Part shown: positions 29,895 through 39,824 of the stretch, piece after piece
Position numbering within the stretch: position 1 is the stretch's first letter
Layout of the letters: each line of letters begins with the position of its first letter
Translations under genes and position numbers: made by a program
The notes under the pieces: model-generated
Told to the model about the DNA's origin: nothing
Databases searched by the model: none
Seen by the model: only the letters and a program-made list of their open reading frames with translations
NCBI GenBank assembly: GCA_963720565.1
Contig: CAVRFW010000005.1
Coordinates: 224,001 to 288,000, forward strand
Direction: 5' to 3'
Source: Candidatus Bathyarchaeota archaeon
GTDB taxonomy: Archaea; Thermoproteota; Bathyarchaeia; Bathyarchaeales; Bathycorpusculaceae
DNA length: 64,000 bases

Positions 29895-30458
29895 CTACTT
29901 GATTTGCTCCGAAAGTTTAGGTTTAATTTTTGTATTGGGCTGTAGGGCAATGTTGATGTTTCTCAGATACTTATTCCACAAATATGCTGCCGCATAACCT
30001 GCGCTTATGCCGCTGCCTGTTGCCACAAAAAGCACTAGTCCGGAAAGAAAAGGCGTCGTTTCGACAATTCCGATATAGACGCTAGTTACGTAATAGCTCA
30101 AGAAACCGATGATGGCGGTGCTAAATGTCATAGTTAAGATTACCCTGTTTCGATTTACTCTATCGTCCTTTGTTGATACTTTGAAGGCAAAAGAGAAAAT
30201 ATCCACCAAAAACCCGAACAGAAATGTGAAAATAAAAGTGAAAGGCCCGAATGCTGGTTGCGACAGAGCCGACAATAAGCCTCCAACGATGCCGACGTGT
30301 GTGGCCCCTGCCATTCTCACGAAAAGAGAGGCCAAAGCCAAAATTACAGCTTCAACTACTATGAGAAGGTAGTTTATTGGAAGGGGGACAAAGAAATTAA
30401 TCACAAATATGATTGAGCTGAAGAGCGCAATCAAAAGCCATCGTACCGCCTTCTGCAT
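29895..30458 (-). CDS. Membrane protein, possible ECF S-component
   Basis: About 187 aa with 5-6 hydrophobic helices; GATHVGIVGGLL, FGFLVD. Confidence 0.6.
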   Translation of the reverse strand: MQKAVRWLLIALFSSIIFVINFFVPLPINYLLIVVEAVILALASLFVRMAGATHVGIVGGLLSALSQPAFGPFTFIFTFLFGFLVDIFSFAFKVSTKDDRVNRNRVILTMTFSTAIIGFLSYYVTSVYIGIVETTPFLSGLVLFVATGSGISAGYAAAYLWNKYLRNINIALQPNTKIKPKLSEQIK

Positions 30459-30658
30459 TGAAACGACTGAACTCCTTATGAAATAGAAGTTGCATTTCAA
30501 TTTTAAAAAGCTTGACTCAGAAACATGTGATCCAATCAAAATTCCCAAAGCTCAGTAAAGACAATACTGCCTTTTTTAACGGAAATTATAAATTGGGTAG
30601 CGTCATTAAGGATTAAACGTTTTATATTTGAGTCATATGTGTTAAAGGGGGATTAAGG

Positions 30659-31402
30659 ATGAGCACTCATGCAGAAGATCTGAAACTCCGCTTGATGACT
30701 ATCGAGCTTTTGAGAACTGCCAAGTACAAACGAAATATTACGTACCGAGAGTTGGCCTCTAAGACAGGTTTGCCTGTAACCGTCTTAAGCAGGTACGCCA
30801 AAGGCCATGTTCTTCCAAACACAACAAGGGCTAAGCAATTGTGGCGGGTTCTAACCAAACTCGTTGGACTGGAAACCGAACTACGGAGCAGGATAAAATT
30901 TGACGAGACGGGATACTTCGACAACACGGAAATCGTTGGTGACTACAACATCCTACAACAAGCCGCAAACCACGCCCTCGCAAATTTTGCTGGAAAAAGA
31001 GTAACAAAAATATTGACTGCCGCGGTAGATGGCATACCACTAGCTACGATGGTGGGCAACGCTTTGGGCGTAAACCTAATTGTGGCAAAAAGAAACAAGG
31101 AAGTCGGAGTGAAGTCTTTCCTAGATGAAACCTACATTCTGGGAAAAGATTCAGGTGTGACAGTCACGCTTTTCATTCCCAAAGAAGCGATAAAAAAACG
31201 AGATAGCGTTCTGGTAGTAGATGACATGATTAAGAGCGGAGAAACTCAGGAAGCGCTCGTTAACCTCGTTAAGAAGTCAAAAGCCGAAGTCTCAGGAATC
31301 TTCTCATTAATCGCCGTTGGAGAGGAATGGAAGAAAAGGCTAAAATTCGGTGGCGATTCCCCAGTTGAAGTTGTAACCTACCTGAAATCACCATTCGAAT
31401 AA
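30659..31402 (+). CDS. HTH + phosphoribosyltransferase-domain regulator (PurR-like)
   Basis: TYRELASKTGLPVTVLSRY HTH; VLVVDDMIKSGET PRPP loop. Confidence 0.88.
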   Translation: MSTHAEDLKLRLMTIELLRTAKYKRNITYRELASKTGLPVTVLSRYAKGHVLPNTTRAKQLWRVLTKLVGLETELRSRIKFDETGYFDNTEIVGDYNILQQAANHALANFAGKRVTKILTAAVDGIPLATMVGNALGVNLIVAKRNKEVGVKSFLDETYILGKDSGVTVTLFIPKEAIKKRDSVLVVDDMIKSGETQEALVNLVKKSKAEVSGIFSLIAVGEEWKKRLKFGGDSPVEVVTYLKSPFE

Positions 31403-31480
31403 GAAAGAAAAATAGCCCAAGCTGCACATGTTTTCTCTCGTTTAAGATCTTGAATCAAACTACTAGAATATGAATCCGAG

Positions 31481-32530
31481 TTGTTGAGGCAATCGATAAT
31501 GCGAACCATAGAATGGCAAGACGGAACTGTCATTACTATTGATCAAACAAGACTACCCCATGAAACGGTGACCCTGAGAATAAAAACAGTCAGTGATATG
31601 GCGGAAGCTATAAGAAGCCTAAGAGTGCGGGGCGCTCCTTTGCTCGGTGCCGCCGCAGCCTTTGGGATGTCCATAGCAGCTTACCATTCGAAAGCCGATT
31701 GCGCGTCCGAATTGCTGGCTGAATTAGAAGACACAGCGGTAATTCTGAAAAGCACGAGGCCGACAGCAGTGAACCTTTTCTGGGCAATAGACAAAGTCCT
31801 GAACAAGGCAAGAGCTTACTCGGGAAACGTTGAAGGACTGAAGGCACAAGTAATCAACGAAGCTCAGAAAATTGCAGATGACGATGCAGAGGCAAACCAA
31901 GCCATTGGCAAATATGGCGCAGAACTCATCAGTGACGGAGATGTTATTCTGACCCACTGCAACGCAGGAGAACTTGCTACTGTTGAGTATGGCACTGCAC
32001 TAAGTGTTGTGCGCACCGCTTGGAAACAGGGCAAAAAAATAAAGGTGATCGCGACAGAAACTCGCCCGTTGCTGCAAGGTGCAAGACTGACTGCATACGA
32101 ACTGAAACGTGACGGGATACCAGTCACCCTGATCACAGACAGTATGGTTGGATACGTCATGTACAAACGCTTAGTCAACAAAGTCGTGGTGGGCGCTGAC
32201 CGTATTGTTCAAAACGCAGTCGTAAACAAGATCGGCACATTCACTGTTGCGGTTCTAGCCCACGAGCATAACGTACCATTCTACGTGGCAGCACCAAAAT
32301 CCACGTTTGACTTAACTCACACATCAACCGATGTTGTCATTGAAGAGAGGAAACCCACAGAAGTCACCCATATAGGGGTTCAACACATAGCTACTCCAGG
32401 CGTGGGCGTACTTAATCCATCCTTTGACATTACACCGTTGAAATACGTTACCGCAATCATTTTCGAAAATGGCATTTACTCCCAACAAGACTTTCCCAAA
32501 TTTAGAAAAATGTCCGCTAAGAACATTTGA
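31481..32530 (+). CDS. mtnA: Methylthioribose-1-phosphate isomerase (eIF-2B alpha family)
   Basis: IDQTRLP, VRGAP, TRPTAVNL, THCNAG.LAT, ETRPLLQGARLT, GADR, NKIGT. Confidence 0.9.
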   Translation: MLRQSIMRTIEWQDGTVITIDQTRLPHETVTLRIKTVSDMAEAIRSLRVRGAPLLGAAAAFGMSIAAYHSKADCASELLAELEDTAVILKSTRPTAVNLFWAIDKVLNKARAYSGNVEGLKAQVINEAQKIADDDAEANQAIGKYGAELISDGDVILTHCNAGELATVEYGTALSVVRTAWKQGKKIKVIATETRPLLQGARLTAYELKRDGIPVTLITDSMVGYVMYKRLVNKVVVGADRIVQNAVVNKIGTFTVAVLAHEHNVPFYVAAPKSTFDLTHTSTDVVIEERKPTEVTHIGVQHIATPGVGVLNPSFDITPLKYVTAIIFENGIYSQQDFPKFRKMSAKNI

Positions 32531-32688
32531 AAAATTGAGAGCGGAAACCCCCGACACATTTGGAAAAAAAGACTCACTATGAAATGTAAAAGTCGAAAGC
32601 TACTTCACGAGTTTATTGCTGCTTGCGGAATGCACTGTGTAACTTGGGCAAAACAACGAACTTGAAAGATGACAATCACGTACATGTT

Positions 32689-33232
32689 CTATCTGCCTAG
32701 ATTAAATGGTTTTCTAAATATCTCTTTTCGCCATTTTCCTTCCCAGCTTGCCCAGCCAGTTTTTACTAGGGTCTCTCTCAAGTGAGGCATCTCAGCAACC
32801 CATTCCAGCAGTGCCCAGAAGCGGCGTTTTTCTTTCACCAAGTCTTCCGGCACTCCAACTTCGACGCACCATCTGACATAGCTTCTTTCGACCATTTCTT
32901 GCAATTCTCCGGTGGTCTCCACTTTCTCAACCTTGAAACCTCTATTTTGCAGGTGTTTAATTACGCTGGAAAGAACGTAACTGGAACAAACCTTGAAGTG
33001 AGTTTTCTCATCGGGCTGCATTACTTCGACTATTTCGTCGGCAATTCTCACGGCATCTTCCAAGTACTTCTTAGTCTTGAAGTTGGGAGGTTGAAATGAG
33101 GCTGTGGCTATTCTTCGCTCCATGTACCTTCGGTCTGGTGGTTTTAGAGCTCCGATCACTACTCCGAGCAAGAGGTCACCCCACCCTGAAGAGTCTATCG
33201 ATGATTTCTTTCGGTAGAATGAAGTGATCCAA
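32689..33232 (-). CDS. Hypothetical protein with an RNase H-like N-terminal strand; probable +1 frameshift at about 33199
   Basis: IDSSGWGDLLLGVVIG lies in frame upstream of the track start (33171); a TTG at 33232 joins it if one base is removed. Confidence 0.55.
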
Positions 33233-33380
33233 AGTCAAGGCAAATCATCCACAAACGTTTTAGAGACGTCCAATCTATAGTTGAATTAAGCCTATGCAAT
33301 TCTTAAGTATTGTGAGATTTGGGCAAACAGTTTGCAATTATGTTAACTGAAATCTATAAATCCTCGAAGACTAAATCGTT

Positions 33381-34460
33381 TTGAGGTGCACTGACATCAG
33401 AAAAGCAATTGCTAACTGGTCAAAGAAAGGCGGTCTTCAACCGGGAACCATAACCCATGTTGGTGAACAAAGATCCGAACGGGTTAGAATGTCTGTAATA
33501 AGATATGACGAAAAAGACTTTATGGAGAAGAAGATAAGCACCGTTGAAGACAGCCTGCCTTTAAGAGACAAGCCCTCTGTAACTTGGCTGGACATAGACG
33601 GTGTCCATCAACCAGAAATTATAGAACAGGTTGGAAAACATTTTAACGTGCATCCCTTGGTGCTAGAAGACATAGCAAACACTGGACAACGACCGAAGAT
33701 TGAGGATTATGAAGACTACATTTTTATCGTGTTGAGGATGCTCAGGTTTGACGAAGAAGAAAACGAGACGAAATCCGAGCAGGTTAGCGTAATTCTCGGA
33801 ACCAACTTTGTGATTTCTTTTCAAGAAAAGGAAAGAGACGTATTTGACTCCATAAGAGAACGCCTCAGAAACAGCAAAGGACGCATTAGGAAAATGGGTG
33901 CTGATTTTCTCGCCTATTCGTTGATAGACGCAATAATTGACAATTACTTCATGGTTCTCGAGAGACTGGGCGAAACCATCGAAGAAATTGAAGACAGCCT
34001 CGTTGCCCATCCAACGGCAGTAATGCTTCAGAAGATTCATGATTTGAGAAGAGAGATGATTTTCCTGCGAAAGTCTGTCTGGCCTTTGCGAGAGGTCATA
34101 AGTCGTTTAGAACGATCGGAATCGCCGCTGATTAACGAAGCAACATGCGCGTATTTTAGAGATGTTTACGATCATGCAATTCAGGTGATGGATGCCGTGG
34201 AGACATTTCGCGACATGCTCTCGGGGATGCTTGACATTTACCTTTCAAGTGTAAGCAACCGCATGAATGAAATCATGAAGGTACTGACTATCATTACAAC
34301 AATCTTCATACCTCTTACTTACATCGCAGGCATTTACGGAATGAACTTTAGGTATATGCCTGAGCTTAATCAAACATGGACCTATCCTGCAATCTTGGCT
34401 CTAATGTTTATACTTGCCATGTTTATGGTGTTTTTCTTTAGGCGAAGGAAGTGGATTTAA
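33381..34460 (+). CDS. corA: CorA Mg/Co transporter
   Basis: HPLVLEDI, QRPK, GIYGMNF, MPEL. Confidence 0.96.
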   Translation: MRCTDIRKAIANWSKKGGLQPGTITHVGEQRSERVRMSVIRYDEKDFMEKKISTVEDSLPLRDKPSVTWLDIDGVHQPEIIEQVGKHFNVHPLVLEDIANTGQRPKIEDYEDYIFIVLRMLRFDEEENETKSEQVSVILGTNFVISFQEKERDVFDSIRERLRNSKGRIRKMGADFLAYSLIDAIIDNYFMVLERLGETIEEIEDSLVAHPTAVMLQKIHDLRREMIFLRKSVWPLREVISRLERSESPLINEATCAYFRDVYDHAIQVMDAVETFRDMLSGMLDIYLSSVSNRMNEIMKVLTIITTIFIPLTYIAGIYGMNFRYMPELNQTWTYPAILALMFILAMFMVFFFRRRKWI

Positions 34461-34727
34461 CCAAAATTCCACAACATGGAGGCACCTATAGCAGTAGGCT
34501 CCAGAGATGCAGCTGGATGAGGGCTCAATAAGAACGTGCCTTTCTCATCTGCCGCTTCTCCCAGCTGCCAAGGCCCAGTTGTCAAGCTATTTCCAAGCGA
34601 TTAAACTGAAATAATCTGCAGGCTGCTAATTTTGAGTGCGACAGATAGAATCAAGCACCAATTAATGCGCTCCACTTTTATAGAGAAGGAAGGTATATCG
34701 TTAAAGAGACAATTACCTTAACCACGG

Positions 34728-35291
34728 TTGGCAGCAATGAGTGAAAACAAAACAAGCTCAAACTCTTTCGAACTCAAGACTACCGGAGTCCTAGCGAAAA
34801 AAACCGTTGAGATATCTGAACAGAGCAGCCTTGACGCGCTTTCCCAGCGCGGATACGGTACTGTTGAAAACGGAATACTAGGGCTTGCTTTCTATGAGGC
34901 ACTGTACTTGTTGGACAAAGGGATGCTTGAGGTTAAAGGCGAAGAAGGAGAAAGCACGAGTTTCCAAACTCTTCTACAGCTCTATGAGAAACTAAACGAG
35001 AATGCATGGGTTAACTTTTTGGTTTATCGAGATCTCCGAAGCAGGGGCTACGTAGTCAGAGAAGGCTTCGGTGCAGGAATAGACTTTCGCATTTATGAAA
35101 GAGGTGCTTATGGAAAAGATACTGCTACATATTTGATTCTCAGTACCCAAGAGGGCAAACCCGTACCCATAGAAGACTTGACAAGTGCTTTGCAGCGGAG
35201 TCAAAGCCAGAAGAAGGAGCTGATACTCGCGGTTATGAACCGCAGAGGAGAAATAGTTTACTACTCAGTCTCCCAACTAACGTTCAAATAG
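34728..35291 (+). CDS. endA: tRNA splicing endonuclease subunit, probably structural
   Basis: EALYL, VYRDLRSRGY, DFRIY, IVYY; catalytic His apparently absent. Confidence 0.85.
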   Translation: MAAMSENKTSSNSFELKTTGVLAKKTVEISEQSSLDALSQRGYGTVENGILGLAFYEALYLLDKGMLEVKGEEGESTSFQTLLQLYEKLNENAWVNFLVYRDLRSRGYVVREGFGAGIDFRIYERGAYGKDTATYLILSTQEGKPVPIEDLTSALQRSQSQKKELILAVMNRRGEIVYYSVSQLTFK

Positions 35292-35295
35292 CGAA

Positions 35296-36624
35296 GTGAA
35301 GGCAGATATGGATGACTTTCAACCTGTCCGGGGAATGCGGGATCTTCTACCTGAAGAAGCAGAAAACTTGGTAAGCATTATAGATAAAGCCAAAAAAACA
35401 GCTGCTCTCTATGGTTACCGAGAAGTAATAACCCCCGTTGTCGAATCATTCGAACTCCTAAACGTTAAGTCTGGTGAAGAAATTCGTTCACGAATGTTCG
35501 TATTCGAAGACTTGGGACGACGAAAAATAGTGCTGCGCCCAGAATTTACTGCGTCGATAGCACGCCTAATAACTACCACGCTAAGAAACGAACCCAAACC
35601 CTTGAGAATTTTCAGTGTAGGCAGCGTGTACAGATATGATGAACCTCAACGCGGTCGATACAGAGAGTTCTGGCAATCAAACTTCGAACTAGCAGGTTCA
35701 AGCATGCCCGAATCTGACGCAGAAATACTTCTCCTCACCAATAGACTGATGAAAGAAATAGGTTTGGTCAACTACGAATTTAAACTAGGTCACGTTGGTA
35801 TCTTGAGGGCAATTCTCAATCAAGAAGGAATAGATGAGCAAACCCAAAATGCTATACTGCAGAAAATGGACAAAAAAGAATTTGACGCAGCACTTGAACT
35901 TGTTCCGGACAAAAAAAGTAGGAAAACGCTTGAAAGTTTGATTAATCTAAGAGAACTTGACCCTGTCCCACCCAATCCATCCACAACAGTAGAAAAGATT
36001 AAGCAACTTGTGGAAGGTTACGAAGACGCTGCAAAAGCAGTAAGGAATCTATCCGATATACTGGAGCTAGTCCATAAGAGCGGGTGTCAAATTAAGACAG
36101 TGGATCCAGCCTTTGCCAGAGGCTTAGAGTACTATACAGGAATGATTTTTGAAATCTACATCCCAGAATTGGAAATCGCGATTGGTGGCGGCGGACGTTA
36201 TGACAGATTAATCGAGGTATTCCGGGGAGAGCCGACACCAGCCGTAGGCGTTGCACATGGATTAGATAGAATTGCACTTGCCAAGCAAATTCAGAGCCAA
36301 ATACGAAAGACAGTTACGACGAAAAGTCGAGGAAGAAAGAACCGCAGAGTTATTGTAATTCCCGTTAATGAGGCAATGAAAGACGAAGCATTAAAGATAT
36401 CCGAATTGCTCAGAAAAGCCGGCGTAGGCACCGAGTTAGAGGTTATGGGTCGAAAGATGGCTAGAGCCTTGGAAGATGCTGACAGGAGAAAGGTGGACTA
36501 CACCGTTTTAGTAGGTGAAAGAGAGATGAAAGAAGGAAAAGTAGTCATTCGAAATTTGGCTGAGCGGGAGCAAAAAACAGTCGATATTGACAACCTTGCG
36601 AAAATACTTAGGAGCCAAAAATAA
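35296..36624 (+). CDS. hisS: Histidyl-tRNA synthetase
   Basis: RGMRD, LRPEFT, RYDEPQRGRYREF, RGLEYYTG, GGGRYD. Confidence 0.98.
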   Translation: MKADMDDFQPVRGMRDLLPEEAENLVSIIDKAKKTAALYGYREVITPVVESFELLNVKSGEEIRSRMFVFEDLGRRKIVLRPEFTASIARLITTTLRNEPKPLRIFSVGSVYRYDEPQRGRYREFWQSNFELAGSSMPESDAEILLLTNRLMKEIGLVNYEFKLGHVGILRAILNQEGIDEQTQNAILQKMDKKEFDAALELVPDKKSRKTLESLINLRELDPVPPNPSTTVEKIKQLVEGYEDAAKAVRNLSDILELVHKSGCQIKTVDPAFARGLEYYTGMIFEIYIPELEIAIGGGGRYDRLIEVFRGEPTPAVGVAHGLDRIALAKQIQSQIRKTVTTKSRGRKNRRVIVIPVNEAMKDEALKISELLRKAGVGTELEVMGRKMARALEDADRRKVDYTVLVGEREMKEGKVVIRNLAEREQKTVDIDNLAKILRSQK

Positions 36625-36667
36625 AAAGAAAAAAATTTTGAGCCTCAAAAAAAAGGCCGTTGCAGAT

Positions 36668-38038
36668 TTACAACCGCTTGATGTATCTGTTAACTTCCCA
36701 CTCTGTTACCTGCATTCGATATAGATCCCATTCTTTTCTTTTTTCAGTTAGGAAGTTTTCGAAGGCCGTTTCACCCAACGTGTCTCGCATCAAGTCGCTG
36801 CTTTCCAGTTCATCTAAAGCTTCCTTTAATGATTCTGGGAGCGAAACTATTCCTTTTGCTTTGCGTTCCTCGTAGCTCATATGGTAGACGTTTAGCTCCA
36901 CTGGGTCGCCTGGGTCAGTTTTGTTTTTGATACCGTCTAAGCCTGTGGAGAGCAGAACAGCAAACTGCAAGTACGGGTTTCCCGCGCCGTCAGGACAGCG
37001 TATTTCACATCTGGCAGCATTCTTTCTACCGCCAAAGTTTGGAACGCGAATAAGCGGAGAGCGGTTCTTATGCGCCCAAGCAAGGTAAACTGGCGCTTCA
37101 TATCCTGGCACTAGTCTTTTGAAGCTGTTTGGCCACGAATTCAGCACTGCACACATTTTTCGACCGTGAGCTAGTTGTCCTCCGATGAAGTGTCTTGCGA
37201 TGTCTGAGAGGTAACCGCTCTTTGCGTTTTCGCTGTAGAAGAAGTTCTGCTTAATTTCTTTGTCCCACAGGCTCTGATGCGTGTGCATTCCTGAACCGTT
37301 TATGCCTGCGAATGGTTTAGGCATATACGTGACTACATACCCGTTTCTCGCGGCGACTACCTTCCCGCACATCTTCATGGTTATTGCTCTGTCAGCTGTC
37401 TTTAGTGCCTCGTCATACTTGAAGTCAATTTCGTTTTGTCCCAGCGCAACTTCGTGGTGAGATATTTCAATTTCTATGCCAAAGGCTTCGGCGGTGTCCG
37501 CTATTTCTCGTCTAATGTCGTCGGTTAAGTCGCCAGGGTGAAAATCGAAGTAACCTGCCATGTCGATTGGTGTAGGCAAGCCTCCGTTTTCACTTTCTTT
37601 GACTATGAAGAATTCTAGTTCAGGCGCGCAAATATACGTGAAGCCTGCTTTGGCTGCTTTGTCTACTGCTCTTTCTAGAATGTATCGTGGGTCTCCATCG
37701 AAGCGTTTGTTTTGCGGCGTGTAAATGTCGCAAATTAATCTGCAGGATGATTTTTCTTTTGGTCGCCATGGCAAGACTGCATAGGTGGTTGGGTCGGGAA
37801 ATAATACCATGTCTGATTCTTCGATGGGTCTGTAACCCGTTATGGATGAGCCGTCGAAAGGCTGGCCGTTTTCGAAGATGCTTTCGATGTTTTTTGAAGC
37901 TACGGCAAGGTTTTTTATTATACCGTTTATGTCGGTGAATTGGAGTCTGACGAATTTTATGTCTTGTTCCTGTATTTCTTTGACGACTTTGGTTACGTTT
38001 TCCTTCCAGATGGCGTCTTTGAAGTTTTTCATTTCCAA
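36668..38038 (-). CDS. glnA: Glutamine synthetase type I
   Basis: FDGSSI, ESDM, HHEVA, PKPFAGINGSGMHTH, RLVPGYEAP, NRSPLIR. Confidence 0.98.
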   Translation of the reverse strand: MEMKNFKDAIWKENVTKVVKEIQEQDIKFVRLQFTDINGIIKNLAVASKNIESIFENGQPFDGSSITGYRPIEESDMVLFPDPTTYAVLPWRPKEKSSCRLICDIYTPQNKRFDGDPRYILERAVDKAAKAGFTYICAPELEFFIVKESENGGLPTPIDMAGYFDFHPGDLTDDIRREIADTAEAFGIEIEISHHEVALGQNEIDFKYDEALKTADRAITMKMCGKVVAARNGYVVTYMPKPFAGINGSGMHTHQSLWDKEIKQNFFYSENAKSGYLSDIARHFIGGQLAHGRKMCAVLNSWPNSFKRLVPGYEAPVYLAWAHKNRSPLIRVPNFGGRKNAARCEIRCPDGAGNPYLQFAVLLSTGLDGIKNKTDPGDPVELNVYHMSYEERKAKGIVSLPESLKEALDELESSDLMRDTLGETAFENFLTEKRKEWDLYRMQVTEWEVNRYIKRL

Positions 38039-38223
38039 ACATCCTCATTGGTTTAACTAATGTGTTTTTTCACGTGTTATGCAATTCACAGTTTGATTAA
38101 ACATATATAAATATATCGTTTAACATAATGGATGAATGTTTAACAAGAAAACGTATATTTGAAAAGTAGTGCAGCAGCGCATTAGACGAGGAAGGGGAAA
38201 GTGACGCACTTCAGGCAAATAGC

Positions 38224-38709
38224 TTAATGTGAAGGCCTATTTACTGATTCTCTTCGCAAGAAGTCTCCGACATCCGAAATGTTTCTGACTGCAATATCAG
38301 TATCCTTTCCCGCAGAATCCAAACTGCAGACTATTTTGCCGAAGCCTAGACATTCGCCATGTTCATTCATTACTAGTGTATAGTCGTTTTTGCCTCGTAA
38401 TCCCTGCACTGCCACTATTCCTTTTCGGAATATGTCTCGCCCGCAAATGAACAGCCATGAAGCCTTCCGGTCAATCACAACTTTGTTGGCTCTGCTTTTC
38501 GCTATCAGGGATAATAGGTTAAAACTCGGGAAGAATTTCCCATTTTTTGCTTTTCCCAAATATATGCCTGCGTAATAGAAATCTTCTTGAACAAACCTGC
38601 GCAAGGTCTTGCTTAAAAAAAAGTAACGACCGTTTTTTTCCGCTATGAACTCAGTGTTTAGAACGAGTTTTCCACCGAATTTGGCTGAGAAGGCAATAAT
38701 TTGTTTCAT
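38224..38709 (-). CDS. Nip7/PUA-domain ribosome biogenesis protein
   Basis: AGIYLGK, WLFICGRD, CLGFG, DVGDFLRRE; overlaps the NOP2 gene. Confidence 0.8.
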   Translation of the reverse strand: MKQIIAFSAKFGGKLVLNTEFIAEKNGRYFFLSKTLRRFVQEDFYYAGIYLGKAKNGKFFPSFNLLSLIAKSRANKVVIDRKASWLFICGRDIFRKGIVAVQGLRGKNDYTLVMNEHGECLGFGKIVCSLDSAGKDTDIAVRNISDVGDFLRRESVNRPSH

Positions 38710-39596
38710 AATCTACCCGTCTTCTTTCCGAGTTTGGCGACGAAAAACCCCTGAGTTTCTCCAGGCCAAATTCGTCTGCATTTTTCAATTGAACTATCTA
38801 ATTGGACTCCGAAAACGTTGGTTAAGCCTTTTTGTCCGTAGCAATTAATATCTTGGATTTTCAGGCTCAAGTTTCTTATAGCCCAATCCATGTTGAGCTC
38901 GTTTTCCTCTGGCTCCATTGAGCAGGTTGAGTAGACAATCTCTCCGTCATCAGACAGGCAGGAAGCGGCATGGGTCAGAATTTCTCTTTGCAAGATTGCA
39001 TTTCGCTCCACATCATCCATTGTTCTTCGCGTGAACCAGTTGCTATCCGTTACGAAGTTTCCTGAACAGGGCGCGTCTATGAGGATTCTGTCAAATTTCA
39101 ATCGCAACTGCGAAGCATGCCTCGCATCAAGAAGATAAACAACCGTGTTTGTAACATGGCAACGTTCCAGATGATTCGACAATGCGGATAGTCGCTTTCT
39201 TTTAACGTCCAAGGCTATGATTGCACCGGTGTTGTTCATAAAGTTGGCTAACTGCACGGTCTTTCCGCCGGGTGCTGCGCAGGAATCAAGTACTATCTTG
39301 CCTCTTAATGCAGTGAACAGCGCAGCCGGGATTTGCGCTGCAGCCTCTTGAATCGAATACAATCCTAACAAGTATTCGGCTGTAGCTCCAACTGAAACTT
39401 TGGAGCTGTACACCCAGTAGCCTGTTTCCAGAAAAGGAACTCTCTCAAGTTGAACACCTGTGGATTCGAGTCTCTGCTCAAGGTTTTTCCCCCCATCGTT
39501 TAAGATGTTTGTTCTGATAGCTTGTCTTAGTTGGGTTTCCTTAAATTCCCAACCTAGTTGAGCATAGCGACTTATGAAAAAACCCTTGCTAGACAT
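38706..39596 (-). CDS. RsmB/NOP2-family RNA m5C methyltransferase
   Basis: IQEAA, DSCAAPGGKT, DAPCSG, YSTCS; start probably MSSK at 39596. Confidence 0.93.
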   Translation of the reverse strand: MSSKGFFISRYAQLGWEFKETQLRQAIRTNILNDGGKNLEQRLESTGVQLERVPFLETGYWVYSSKVSVGATAEYLLGLYSIQEAAAQIPAALFTALRGKIVLDSCAAPGGKTVQLANFMNNTGAIIALDVKRKRLSALSNHLERCHVTNTVVYLLDARHASQLRLKFDRILIDAPCSGNFVTDSNWFTRRTMDDVERNAILQREILTHAASCLSDDGEIVYSTCSMEPEENELNMDWAIRNLSLKIQDINCYGQKGLTNVFGVQLDSSIEKCRRIWPGETQGFFVAKLGKKTGRL

Positions 39597-39824
39597 CAAC
39601 GGTAGATGACGGAATCGTGGATAAAAACTTTTCAACAATCTGACACTTGTCGGGCTTCCCCCAACGTCACAATTGTCAATCGAGCATCTGTCAAAAAATT
39701 TCGCCACAAATCAAAACTCGACTGGTCACCTGAAAATGAAAAACTTAGAAAGTGCCTAAAATTGCATAGTTTTTAAGCTTTGAACGATATAGAATAGCAT
39801 GTTCAGAAGGGACGACTGGATTTG

